A stretch of 34,421 nucleotides of DNA from Octopus bimaculoides (lineage: Eukaryota): assembly GCF_001194135.2 (NCBI RefSeq), contig NC_068981.1:72246827-72281247 (forward strand). The letters are read 5' to 3'. The number at the start of each line of letters is the position of its first letter. Position 1 is the stretch's first letter. Of the stretch, positions 1 through 11,185 are shown piece after piece. The translations under genes were made by a program, and so were the position numbers. The notes under the pieces were generated by a model. It saw only the letters and a program-made list of their open reading frames with translations. It searched no databases and had not been told where the DNA came from.

Positions 1-61
<61 letters not shown>

Positions 62-90
62 TATATATCCATCCATCCATCCATCCATCC
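1..90. repeat. (AC)n followed by (ATCC)n microsatellite
   Basis: Directly visible: AC run 1-60, ATCC run about 67-90. Confidence 0.98.
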
Positions 91-938
91 ACACATACAT
101 GGCCTTAGTATGATACAAGAAAATCTAGTATAGAAATTTTTGTGTAAAAAGTGGAATTTGTTCCAAGGCCGTAACTCTAGATATAGATTTTATGTTAGTT
201 GAGTAGCTTATCAAATATTAATCTCTCAGACTTTTAGTTTTAGCATATTGCAGGAAAAGATATCATAAAATGTCCTGAAAATTAATTATTACTTTAAATT
301 AAACGGAATGTGTTTTACATATGCTTTTACCAAAGGATTTATCAGTGCAGGTATAATGTAAAAGCTTTGACTGGAGTTTGAACAATGTGTGGGTTTCGGT
401 TTATAAGTTGATGAATTATGCGTGAAGTAAGATATATGCTTTTAGTGAAAGCACTACAGTTAAAATAGGAGAAAAAACACCTATAATATCTAATTGCAAT
501 GTACACTTCCGACAAGCAGTAGATAGGAGGTTCAATCCCCTACTCAGTGGTTTAATATTTTCGTCTGTTCTAAATTTGTGCTCTAATGTCTAATATAATT
601 TACAATAAAATTATGTTCCAACTTCTGGGTACCCATAATTGACATCAAGCATATAGCGACATACATGATCATATTTTCAGTCACTTCATTTACAGTTCAT
701 TCATCCTAGGTCCCTAGTTGCTGCTCATTATTTCCTCAAATAGATTTTGTCCACTTGTTTCCTGATGTCTTAGTAATAAAAAAACAATTTCCGAATATTT
801 CTTTATGAAACCTTTTCTAGAATTTACTTTATATTAATTGTTGGATTACCTCTTATTTTACGTAAGTTTAATTTTGCTTTCGGCATTAAGAAATGTACAA
901 GGACACGTTTCATATTAAACGGGTCAATATAGGGCATA

Positions 939-1323
939 GTGGAGGCGCAATGGCCCATTGGTCAGGGCAGCGGACTTGCGGTCATAGGATCGCAGTTTCG
1001 ATTCCCAGACCGGGCGTTGTGAGTGTTTATTGAGCGAAAACACCTAAAGCTCCACGAGGCTCCGGCAGAGGATAGTGGCGAACCCTGCTGCATTCTTTCA
1101 CCACAACTTTCTCTCACTCTTACTTCCTGTTTCTGTTGTACCTGTAATTCAAAGGGTCAGCCTTGTCACACTGTGTTACGCTGAATATTCCCGAGAACTA
1201 CGTTAAGGGTACACGTGTCTGTGGAGTGCTCAGCCACTTGCACGTTAATTTCACGAGCAGGCTGTTCCGTTGATCGGATCAACTGGAACCCTCGACGTCG
1301 TAAGCGACGGAGTGCCAACAACA
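939..1323 (+). mobile_element. tRNA-derived SINE, family A, full-length copy 1
   Basis: A-box TGGCCCATTGG, B-box-like AGTTTCGATTCCC and CAACAACAA tail. Nearly identical along its length to 24848-25238. Degenerate TSD with core ATAGGGCA at 929-936 and 1324-1331. Confidence 0.93.
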
Positions 1324-2365
1324 ATAGGGCACATAAGTAATAAGTATTACTTTTTTAAATTCGCAGTTCGAACATTTCCGTAGGAAGGACTTTTGTAGGG
1401 ATCAAATAGTAAAATTCGCTTTCCATGTCAAGCTAGAAAATTAGAAATTTAAAACATAAAGAATGCAGTTTACATATTAATTATTTTATAAGTTAATTCT
1501 GTTAATCGTTAAAAATCCACATAGTCCTAGCATGATGCAAGAAAATTTACAATAAAATTTATTGTACAAAAAGCAGATTTTGCTTCACGACTGTATTTTA
1601 AAACTTAAGCATTTCTAATTACTAATTTGTTTAGAATTAATCTTGATTGATCTTGAATCTAAATTTAGGAATTAATCTTCATTCTTGTTAACGACTACAG
1701 CAAATCGTACTATTTGGACTTATCTGAAAAACAATACTTTATCTTCTAAAATTTTCACGATAGATCTACAACTGCAATTGTAATAAATAAATAATTACGA
1801 GGTTTCAAGTAAAGTACGTATATATTATATATTTCTCTATTTTTAAAATTTTATCCTTTTTCCACAGTTCATTCCTTGTTTAATATAATTTTTTTTCCCC
1901 CATTTAATTTTATCTTTTTCTTAGCCTGGAGCTTTGTCTTATCTATCGCTTACGAAATTTCACCGAAGGCGAACTTGACACTTATCTTTGTTAGCTTCAC
2001 CGTTTGTATCAAGAAACGTGTTTCAAGAAACGTGTTTCACCCTCCGGGACAGTATTTCCTGTTACAAAATAGATATATAAATGAATGAATAAATAATAAT
2101 TTCAACAGTTAATAAGAAAAATGTTTACAATGAGCTATGCACGAAACGCTGGAAAACTTTGAAGTAATGTTAAATTGTATGTCAGAGGAAGTTCTAATCT
2201 CATTGATTCAAGCACGTTTATGAGACGCGTCGTGAACCTCATGAAGTTCTGGTGATAATTTTCTAGTGTGGGTGTTTGTGATTCAGCGGAAATTAGTTAG
2301 CAAAGGTTCTAGATTTATTTATTCCAGAATCCCAATAAAGAATTAATTGAATAATTATAATACCT

Positions 2366-2391
2366 ACATACATACATACGTACACACACAG

Positions 2392-2449
<58 letters not shown>
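2366..2449. repeat. (CATA)n/(CA)n microsatellite
   Basis: Directly visible. Confidence 0.97.
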
Positions 2450-2451
<2 letters not shown>

Positions 2452-3550
2452 TAAAGATACGAGCTACTGATTTTTTTTGCATTGGAAACGCTAGTCTAGG
2501 CAGATTTTTGTAACACGCTTTGTGTCTCCAAGAAATTTCATGGTCTGAGCATATGGACTAAATATACATGCCGTCTAATCCACACCCCGAGAAAACAAGT
2601 GGTTTACGAATTAAAATCTTTTGTTAGATCTTTTAATTCACTAAATGTTTTGTTTTTACTTGAAGTAGAACAATTAATGACAGGAATACAAAAACGTTTT
2701 TTTTTTCCATGATTTCTGATTTTATAATAATTTTAATAAAACCTTGCAAATACAGTTTATTTGCTTTGTTCATCTATCATTGTAAAAGCTGTTCGATTTT
2801 TAATAGAAATATCTCGCACTTTTGGCAAAGTATTAAAGAGTGAAATAAAATATGCAAATATATATATATGTTACACAACGTTTCACTTATTTCACTTGCT
2901 TTTTGTAATTATTGTAACAAATTGATAAAGAAAAATGTCAACATTTTGTCAACGCAATAAAAAACCGTATTTTTTTTTTGTTTTGATTTGAACTTTATTG
3001 GCTGTTTTAGATACGTTCCTTCACAATATTGGAAGGAAAATAAATAAATAAATAAACTAGTCATTCGTAATATCAATTAAGACGTAGAACGTTATTTGGC
3101 ATGATTAATTTTATATTTTCATAAATGACTAGTTAACATTCACCTTTATCCAAATATTTCAACATGTATGTGTATGCATATGTACATGAGGCAGTGCGAA
3201 ATTTTGTGTCTATTATGTGTGTATGTATGTATGCCATGCATTGTGTGTGAACGATTTTTTCTCTGGAGAGCTGGATTAGTTGACCACCTAAACCCACATG
3301 AAACGGAGAAAACAAACTGCTTGCGAGATGGATCGGCCGTCACGTTCCGCGTAGTACAATTGTTGAGTCTGTGGATTAATTTGCGAGTCGGCTGGTGACC
3401 TGACCAGGCACCATAAATCAGCCAGTGTTGCCAGGAAGCATACTGCTTAAATGTTACATCTATGAAAGAGCTTACTGAACGGAAGGTGGTTGAAGAACCA
3501 CCTGCATGCACACGTGCTAGGTTCAATAACGAAATAAAACTCTTTTGACA

Positions 3551-3553
3551 AGA

Positions 3554-3600
<47 letters not shown>
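3551..3600. repeat. (AG)n microsatellite
   Basis: Directly visible. Confidence 0.97.
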
Positions 3601-3602
<2 letters not shown>

Positions 3603-3622
3603 CAATCAGTAATCGGCATTCG

Positions 3623-3765
3623 GTATGTATGTATGTATGTCATTATTCAATTTTATTTCAAGATTTATTGCCAATAAAGAAATAACCGGTTTCTAACTTA
3701 GATCCAAGGCTCTTTCATTGAAATTTCTACTGGGTATTTTTGTATGTATGTACATGCATGTATGT
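3623..3765 (-). mobile_element. 5'-truncated 3' end of the (CATA)n-tailed RLE-type LINE family
   Basis: The reverse complement (…GAGCCTTGGATCTAAGTTAGAAACCGGTTATTTCTTTATTGGCAATAAATCTTGAAATAAAATTGAATAATGACATACATACATAC) aligns by eye with 29070-29195, the 3' UTR of the LINE at 28668-29195. Confidence 0.85.
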
Positions 3766-3788
3766 ATCTTTGTGGTGTGGTGTTTATG

Positions 3789-3790
<2 letters not shown>

Positions 3791-3832
<42 letters not shown>
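3791..3832. repeat. (TG)n microsatellite
   Basis: Directly visible. Confidence 0.98.
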
Positions 3833-3837
<5 letters not shown>

Positions 3838-4055
3838 TAGTATGAATTTTAGTCCAGCATCCTTTCTTTAGAAACAGTGACACTTCTGTCAGGTGCTGAA
3901 AACAAAACACTGAGCAAAAGAAAAGCTCTGAAACTAAACACTAGAAATTTGCGAGGGTTTGTTTTGAATTTCACAGGGAGAAATTTTGGCATATTTTGGT
4001 AGATCGAAATATATTCATTTCGTTTATTTAGGATTAGAGCACTAATACACATTTG

Positions 4056-5470
4056 TAAAGTCTGGTGCCTTGTATGAAATTGGGTTTGGTGCAGGACACT
4101 CCCGGGAGGCAGTCTGCGAATAAGGCCTTAGGTCAACCTCGCGCAAGTGCTAACAACAATTTTGCTTCTCAAGTCAGGCTTACAGTGCAGTCCAAGGCTC
4201 ACGCAAAACAGATGTAGGAGGATTATGTGTATTCAACGGCTGTGATAGTAGGTGATGGTAGCTATCACTAATTGTCGTAAACTGTTTAGCATTGGATCAA
4301 AGTGCTTTAACCAAGACCGTGCAGAAACTTGTGCAACTCTCTCCAAAATGATGCAAAAGTACCACCGTATCATCCTTCACGCATCAAAGTTCCCAGTCAA
4401 TCATCTAGAGGTAAGGAGGTCAGGATTGGGATATTTTAGGGTTTCTAGATACCAAATAGCACGAAGAAGACAGTCTTGTAAAAACCATCAAACATTTGGG
4501 CCGAGACTGAAACATCTTTTCGCTGCTTCAGATACGCCTGAGTAGCCTTCTTTAGACGCCCAACTTGCATTGAAAAGAAGCAAGAAAATGTTGCCTCAAA
4601 TGTTGCCTGTCTTAGCTTCTCCGACTAGATACCTTTATTCAGAGGAATCGATCTTTTGCAGTTGGAAGCAAATATCCAATCAAATTTAGATTTTGAAACT
4701 AGTAAACTCATTCATATCTAGGGAGTAGGTATTCATATCTAGGCATGTTCCAATACTGACATTGTGATCCTAAGTGAGACAAGACTAATCCTTAAAAAAG
4801 GTAGAAGATACATGGCGGCTAACCTATTTTCTGTGGAACATAAAAATCACTACAAAAGCGGTGCTTATATGTAATAGTCTTGCAATCTGCAACGACCAAG
4901 ACAATGAGTTACATGAACTGTCTACTGGGATCAGTGAATAAGTCGTGAGGATTCACTTAAATTTTGCAGACTGAAACAGAGACGTGGCAGCTATGAAAGT
5001 CTGTGCATCTATACTTGACTCACGCAGGAGGTTAAAGAGGAATTTACGTTAATTTTTGACTATTTGTAATTACAAAATGTGACAAAACATGTTAGATAAC
5101 CCCAGAGCCAAAGTTGGCAAGGATTTCAACTTTTAGAATAGCACAATTGGAAACTATAGAATAATTAAGATGAAATCAAATGTCTCTCTACTGTTAATTA
5201 AATATTGAAAACAACTTAATTACTAACAGCCTTAGTAGAGATGGATCAGTCTAACACGTCGGCGCAGGAAACAAACATCTCAATGATAAAACTGAGAACA
5301 GAAGAAAGCAGCGCTAAGAAGCCAATACAGCTCTTTTCACAAGATAATAAACACACTTTACTTGCGACCAGATTTGCAGATCCTGCCTTAGACAACATAG
5401 CAACATGCCTATTCACAGAAGAAAATATCTGGTGGGCAGTAATTCTCGACACCAAAGGATCGCTAGCAGT
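4056..5470 (+). mobile_element. Decayed RTE-like LINE: AP endonuclease joined to the C-terminal region, RT absent
   Basis: DIVILSETRL at 4758-4787 is the APE ET motif. GKDFN near 5117 is GDFN-like and NNLITNS lies near 5210-5230. These are followed at once by …ENRRKQR*EANTAL…TCDQICRSCL…HRRK, resembling the RTE C-terminal Cys/His motif. Many stops and frameshifts; boundaries approximate. Confidence 0.7.
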
Positions 5471-5603
5471 TGCCGAGGTTGATAACTTATTTATTTCTTG
5501 ATATTGCAAGTGGAATGGTGTTAGTGTCAGAATATTCTGAAATGCTATTGCTGGCAGTGGTTAAAGGAAAGGGTATGAATGCTATATAACTTGTTAATGT
5601 ATC

Positions 5604-5901
5604 TGTTGTAACCTCCGTCTCCAAATGTCGTGGTACTGACACAATTTGTGACGGATGGTTTAGATACACTGTACCAGTATAGTAACAGTAAACAAGATAA
5701 CGATGCAGCCGTAATAACAACGTAACGATTCAACTATCTCTTCACGAACCAACGATGAATATTCCAAACGAACTAACTAACCGACATCTTCCGACTTCAT
5801 TGCAAACTCAACTTGAACTAACACACAAACTTCACTTCGACCACTGCTATTTATGATCGCTCGGTCCATCCTATTTCTCGCAAGGGGGTGTCATCACAAC
5901 A
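5604..5901 (-). mobile_element. 3' LTR (298 bp) of a Gypsy/Ty3 retrotransposon
   Basis: On the minus strand it starts TGTTGTGA and ends TTACAACA (TG…CA, 6-bp perfect terminal inverted repeat). It is preceded directly by the PPT and has a TATA-like ATAAATAG at 5847-5854. Confidence 0.85.
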
Positions 5902-5911
5902 TCCCCCTTTT
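5902..5911 (-). other. Polypurine tract (AAAAGGGGGA)
   Basis: Abuts the TGT start of the LTR, downstream of the integrase end. Confidence 0.85.
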
Positions 5912-6019
5912 AAGATTTCGACTTTCTTAAGAAGTGAAATTTATTTTAGTTTATATTTTTCCCTCTTTATTTTATTTTCTCCCTCTTTAATTAAAAAAAA
6001 AATCTAATATCCTTTTCAT

Positions 6020-7195
6020 TTTGACATTATTTCTAAGTGTATAGTCTGTTTCCTTTTTCTACTGCTGTTTCTACGAGGCTCAATCTCTTTCGATGCTGGC
6101 ACCTCAAACATGTCACAGCAGACTTCCATTGGTTTTTTTCTTTCGTTTTTCATTATGTCTCATCTTTAATTGGTTTAGGTGTCTCTTATGTTCCCAACGT
6201 TGTCCTTTAATTACATACATCATGTTCCTTTTAGTTACAAAACCATCCTCCTAGCCTTCTTTGCCACTTTTGTAAAGTTCAAAATGAACTTTATCTCCCA
6301 CTTCGAAATGTTTTGTTGCCTTTTCTGTATTTCTTTTAAATATATTTTTTTCCTGGCAATAATTTTCGAAGATCGATTTTACTGGTATCCAGATTGGGCG
6401 TTACTCTATATACCCGCAAGAATTTCGTTAGCGCTTTGTCATTACCTACGTTATTCCTTGATTTTTAAAACTCTAGCTTGAAAGTATCAACGAATCATTC
6501 TACTTGCCCGTTTAACCTCGGGTGGTAGGGCGAGGTAAAAATACGCTTTATCGCATGTATTTTGTAGAAATGTTTGAATTTATGACCTGTAAATTGTGTT
6601 TCATTATCTGATACCAACATGTTTGGAACACCGTATCGGGTAAATAATTGATACAGGAACTTTATTGTCTTTGCGGTTAGTTTATTGCACCTGTATACCT
6701 CTGGTCATTTCGTGCCGCTATCAACAACGATTAGATAGTATGCGCCGTTCACTGGTCCACTGTAGTCTATATGTACCTTGGACCACGGACTATCCATCTC
6801 AAGCCACGATTGGTATTTCAATGGCGGTGGGTGCTTTGGCTGCTAGCGCACAACCTCTACATGATTTTACACAATTTTCAATGCCCTGGTACATTGTCGG
6901 TCAATATACATAGCTCCTCGTTAAGGTTTTCACTCTCGACATTCCCGGGTTTCCACTGTGGGATTCCTTGAATACTCGTTTCTGCAGTGCACTCTTTGCG
7001 CGTAATTTAAAACATCGTCGCATAGTGAGAAATTATTCGTATTTGTGTTTTCATTTTGCTTATTTCTCAACATTTCTTTCATTCTTGTAATGTAATTATC
7101 CTCTGCGGATTTCATTTTTTTATCTCATACGCTGTCACTGGCAGTCCGTGAATAACATTGCACATAATGTTTTAAATAAATTTTTCCTTTAATTC
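6020..7195 (-). pseudogene. Gypsy/Ty3 pol integrase remnant (HHCC, DDE core, GPY/F-like C-terminus)
   Basis: Manual minus-strand translation across frameshifts gives KESHSGNPGMSRVKTLTRSYVY*P…CVKSCRGC (zinc-binding), PWSKVHIDYSGP…LIVVDS, FTRYGVPNMLVSDNETQFT, TSPYHPRLNGQVE*FVDTFK and FEVGDKV…KRHLNQLKMR. Several Trp-to-stop changes. Confidence 0.92.
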
Positions 7196-7310
7196 AGCTG
7201 ATGCGTTGTTTTCACTGGTGGGGGCAGCCATTTAATTTTTTACAGCACCCGCTTATTTGGAGATCCCATAAATCAAATAACTCCAATCAGTCGATACAAA
7301 ATAGATTGGT

Positions 7311-7370
<60 letters not shown>

Positions 7371-7413
7371 TGTGTGTGCGTGCGTACGTGTGTGTGTGTG
7401 TGTGTGTGTGTGT
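7311..7413. repeat. (TG)n microsatellite
   Basis: Directly visible. Confidence 0.98.
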
Positions 7414-7754
7414 ACACACTTTTCCTTTTAGATAACACATTGTACACGGCTATGTATATTAATTTTTTCGATACACATTAGCGATTCGTTAAATCATACG
7501 TAGATTTTAATGGTGAATACACATGTATTGACAGAGAATTAAGTTCGAAATCAGTCCAATCGAGCGGTCCCAACTGCATTAGCCGAAACTGACTGGTCAG
7601 TATAGAGAATTTATACAATATAACATCTCATCCTTTAACATCATCTAGAAGACAAACACACTGTGTGCCGATGGAGCTTAACGGGTTACAGCGAGAAGCT
7701 AACATGTAGCTGGCATCAAGAAATAAATAGTTAGCGACCACTAGCAACTACCCT

Positions 7755-7950
7755 AAACGTACTAGGAGTAGTATCATATGGTATAATACTGACATGAAAT
7801 CGACTGCCGGAAAATATTTTTTCTCCTTGATCAGAAAATATCTTCCAAATTCTCCCAGCTTTCACACATTATAAAGTCGAGTTATAGCAGCATGAAAAAC
7901 ATGTCATACACCATTAAAAGTCACAATGTAAAAATATTGTAGACAAACGA
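7755..7950 (+). mobile_element. Penelope-like element fragment (RT-to-GIY-YIG linker)
   Basis: KRTRSSIIWYN…GKYFFSLIRKYLP then (frameshift) IKSSYSSMKNMSYTIKSHNVKIL resembles the Penelope IIWFNPP…SYSCMxNMxxIIxSHNxKIL linker. Confidence 0.65.
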
Positions 7951-8460
7951 AGCGTGAAAGAAGCCGCCTTACAACTTCCAAAATACAAAGCTTTGTCTCT
8001 TAAAATTCAACTTACGAGGAAAGTAAACAAAGTTTGCTTTAGAAGCGTTGGGATGTATTGAAAGAAACAGAAATAATTTATTATCAAACGCATGATAATG
8101 CTAATACAACGATTTTTTCTGCAATATATGGATAGTTTATTATGTTCATGCTATTGTATAAGCGATATCATGCATTTGAGAATAAATTATTTCTGTATCT
8201 ATATACAGTTGAAATTGAGAGAACACAAAAGACGCAAACAGTTGTAGGAACAACAAGCAGGTGTATTAGTTTAACGCTCGGGAAAAATGGAAAAGTCTTT
8301 TACGCTTCGAGTCTACGCCCTTCGACAGAAAGGTTTAAGAGTAAAAAAATTGAGAGAAATTGAAGAAAGAAAAAAAAAACGGAGAGAGAAAAAATGTGCA
8401 GAGTTCAATGGTCAAGTATGGCGAGATGACTGGAAAAAGAGGCTGAATGAAAGGGAGAGG

Positions 8461-8524
<64 letters not shown>

Positions 8525-8533
8525 CAATAATAA
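8461..8533. repeat. (AAT)n microsatellite
   Basis: Directly visible; the source of the poly-Ile ORFs. Confidence 0.98.
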
Positions 8534-8569
8534 TGGTGGTAATCCCCAACGAACTAAAGTGCGCAAGCT

Positions 8570-9010
8570 TGGGTGTGTATGTGAGAAGGTGTGTGTGAAT
8601 GTGTATGTGTGAATGGGGGCGAGTGAGTCTAACGTGTGTGTGTGTGTGTGTGTTTGTAGCAGTTGATGTGTGCATGTTCAGCCGGTGTGTGCACATGTGT
8701 ATGTGTGTGTGTGTGTCTGTAACCAAGTAGTGTGCTTGTCTATAGCGTATGTTTGTGGGTGAAAGTTATCTTTGTCTATGCGTGTTGCGTGTGTTTATAT
8801 ATTGTCTGTGTTCAGGTATTGTGTACTTCTGTGGATGTGGGAGTGTGCATGATAGTGGTGTGTGGCGTGTGTACTGAGTTAAACAGTGTGTGTAGCTATG
8901 ATTGACCCCCACCACTACTTGACAACCGATGCTGGAGTATTTATGCCCCCGCAACTTAGCTGTTCGGCAAAAACACCAATAGAATAACTACCAAGCTTAA
9001 GAAAATAAAC
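8570..9010 (+). mobile_element. SINE family C: distal module preceded by a degenerate TG-rich expanse
   Basis: 8899-9008 (CCCCCACCACTACTTGACAACCGATGCTGG…CAACTTAGCTGTTCGGCAAAAACACCAATAGAATAACTACCA) matches 31020-31120. It is preceded by about 320 bp of TG-rich low-complexity sequence. Confidence 0.7.
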
Positions 9011-9132
9011 GCACGCACATACATATTCAGGAACACACGCACACACACACACGCGCACCACACGCGCGCACGCGCGCGGCTAGCAATGTGTCCGTTTGAT
9101 TGTATATCAGAAAGTTGCAATTGGATACCAGA

Positions 9133-9370
9133 AAGGCGGTGTGTTGGCAGAAACGTTAGCGCGTCGGACGAAATGCTTAGAGATATTTCGTCTGCCGCTA
9201 CGTTCTGAGTTCAAATTCCGCCGAGGTCGATTTTTCCTTTCATCTTTTCAGGGTTGATTAAATAAATACCAGTTACGCACTGGGGTCGATATAATCCACT
9301 TAATCCGTTTGTCTGTCCTTGTTTGTCCCCTCTGTGTGTTGCCCCTTATGGGCAGTAAAGAAATAAGAAA
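9133..9370 (+). mobile_element. SINE family B, near full-length, with an alternative 3' tail
   Basis: Head GGCGGTGTGTTGGCAGAAACGTTAGC, B-box GAGTTCAAATTCC and central CCGAGGTCGA…CCTTTCATC…GATTAAATAAATACCAG…GGGGTCGAT, shared with many copies in the window. Confidence 0.88.
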
Positions 9371-10191
9371 GCTGCAATTGTTTGATGTTCCCTTATTGTT
9401 CTCTTTGTTATTGTTTAACACCAAATCTTTAAACATTAACAAGCGCAACAATAATTACGTTGATCAACTGTACTTATGCTCATAGGTGTTTCAGTTGTAA
9501 TCATCACGCACTTGGTATATCAGGTACCACATAGTCCAATATGACTTTCCTTTTTAAACGGCTGGATCGGTGGTGTATGATTTAAAGGTAATTTGGTTTC
9601 TATTACTAGCGGGTTGAGCAACTAAGTTTATATTCATTCGGGGGCTCGTCTTGCTCGATACTTTTCTTATATTTTTCTTTCCAGATTGTCGACAACATAA
9701 AAAAAAATCTAAAACAGCGTTTGACCTCACTCGTATTGCACCAAACTGGTGTGGCTTAATACGATAGTCAATAAAACGAACATGACAACAATATTTACTT
9801 TCACGCTGTACCGTAGCTCTCTTAATACGTACCTAAACATAACTACGCACATACAGTCAGACGCACGGGTGCGCATTAGCAACCGCATTCATTATATTCA
9901 CTCGTTTACTAATAAAAAAATTTCGGAAAAAAACAACAACAATACTTTGTCAACACATTATTACTATTATTAATAATAATCCAAATAAAAGAATTGTGGA
10001 ACAGTAAGCTTAACATTACCGTTAATAAAAGAAATATTAGCAGCAACATTATTAACATCTTTACTTACATCGCTTGAAATAGCAAAGGTCTTTCTAGGAC
10101 AGGTCTATAAAGTTGCTGTTTACACATTTTTCGTAATAATTGTTAAACCTAAGAGGAAGAACGGAATTTTGTTTACCGAGTACTTACCTTC

Positions 10192-10262
10192 GCTGCTGCT
10201 GCTGCTGCTGCTACTGCTACTACTACTACTACTACTACTACTTCTTCTTCTTCTTCTTCTTC

Positions 10263-10294
<32 letters not shown>

Positions 10295-10300
10295 CTTCTT

Positions 10301-10390
<90 letters not shown>
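10192..10390. repeat. Compound trinucleotide microsatellite (GCT)n(ACT)n(TCT)n(TAT)n
   Basis: Directly visible; runs into the gap. Confidence 0.98.
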
Positions 10391-10730
10391 NNNNNNNNNN
10401 NNNNNNNNNNNNNNNNNNNNNNNNNNNNNNNNNNNNNNNNNNNNNNNNNNNNNNNNNNNNNNNNNNNNNNNNNNNNNNNNNNNNNNNNNNNNNNNNNNNN
10501 NNNNNNNNNNNNNNNNNNNNNNNNNNNNNNNNNNNNNNNNNNNNNNNNNNNNNNNNNNNNNNNNNNNNNNNNNNNNNNNNNNNNNNNNNNNNNNNNNNNN
10601 NNNNNNNNNNNNNNNNNNNNNNNNNNNNNNNNNNNNNNNNNNNNNNNNNNNNNNNNNNNNNNNNNNNNNNNNNNNNNNNNNNNNNNNNNNNNNNNNNNNN
10701 NNNNNNNNNNNNNNNNNNNNNNNNNNNNNN
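10391..10730. other. Assembly gap
   Basis: N run, with microsatellites on both sides. Confidence 0.99.
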
Positions 10731-10781
<51 letters not shown>

Positions 10782-10796
10782 TACATATACATATAC

Positions 10797-10950
10797 GATG
10801 GGCTTCTTACAGTTTCCGTCTACCAAATTCAGTTACAAAACTTTGGTCGGTCCGAGGCTATAGTAGAAGACACTTGTCCGAGGTGCCACGCAGTGGGACT
10901 GAACCTGGAACCATGTGGTTGGGAAGCAAGTTTCTTACTACACAACCACA
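10797..10950 (-). mobile_element. SINE family C 5' module (tRNA head plus central domain)
   Basis: The reverse complement GTGGTTGTGTAGTAAGAAACTTGC…GGTTCCAGGTTCAGTCCC…GGACAAGTGTCTTCTACTATAGCC…AAGAAGCCCATCGTATATG matches 30835-30990. Confidence 0.88.
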
Positions 10951-11070
10951 CTTGAGTTCATGTTCCGCCGAGGCCGACTTTGCTTTTTATCCTTTCAGGG
11001 CCGATGAAATAAGCGCCACTTGTACGCTGGGGGTCGATGTAATCGACTCCCAAACTCCCTGAATAACTGT
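10951..11070 (+). mobile_element. SINE family B, 5'-truncated
   Basis: GAGTTCATGTTCCGCCGAGGCCGACTTTGC…GGGGTCGATGTAATCGACT. Confidence 0.85.
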
Positions 11071-11185
11071 TAACCCAGTGCCGTCTTGTACCGTCTCCAA
11101 TCATTTACAGAAACCTTAACTGTTGAATAAAGAAGAGATTATTACCATTGTGAAAGATGAAATCAACCTCGGCAGAATTTGAGAG

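Noticed and set aside
505-560. B-box-like GGTTCAATCCC (similar at 13630-13650)
   Set aside because: Too short and degenerate to assign; probably very old SINE debris.
939-1015. tRNA gene-like sequences (also 24848-24920 and 30826-30895)
   Set aside because: These are SINE heads with no complete cloverleaf or acceptor stem, and they continue into SINE bodies.
3146-3643. 165-aa minus-strand ORF
   Set aside because: It starts in TATG and CT microsatellites, and no domain is recognisable.
5241-5733. ORFs 5241-5501 (+), 5246-5509 (-) and 5545-5733 (-, signal-peptide-like start), considered as a possible env gene
   Set aside because: They overlap the RTE C-terminus and the Gypsy LTR. The sequence lies downstream of the 3' LTR, so it cannot be an env of that element.
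10120-11062. Long ORFs (146-297 aa) with poly-L/I/R/S/N/K/X
   Set aside because: Artefacts of trinucleotide repeats and N-gap read-through. The same applies to the ORFs at 18569-19509 and 26687-27272.
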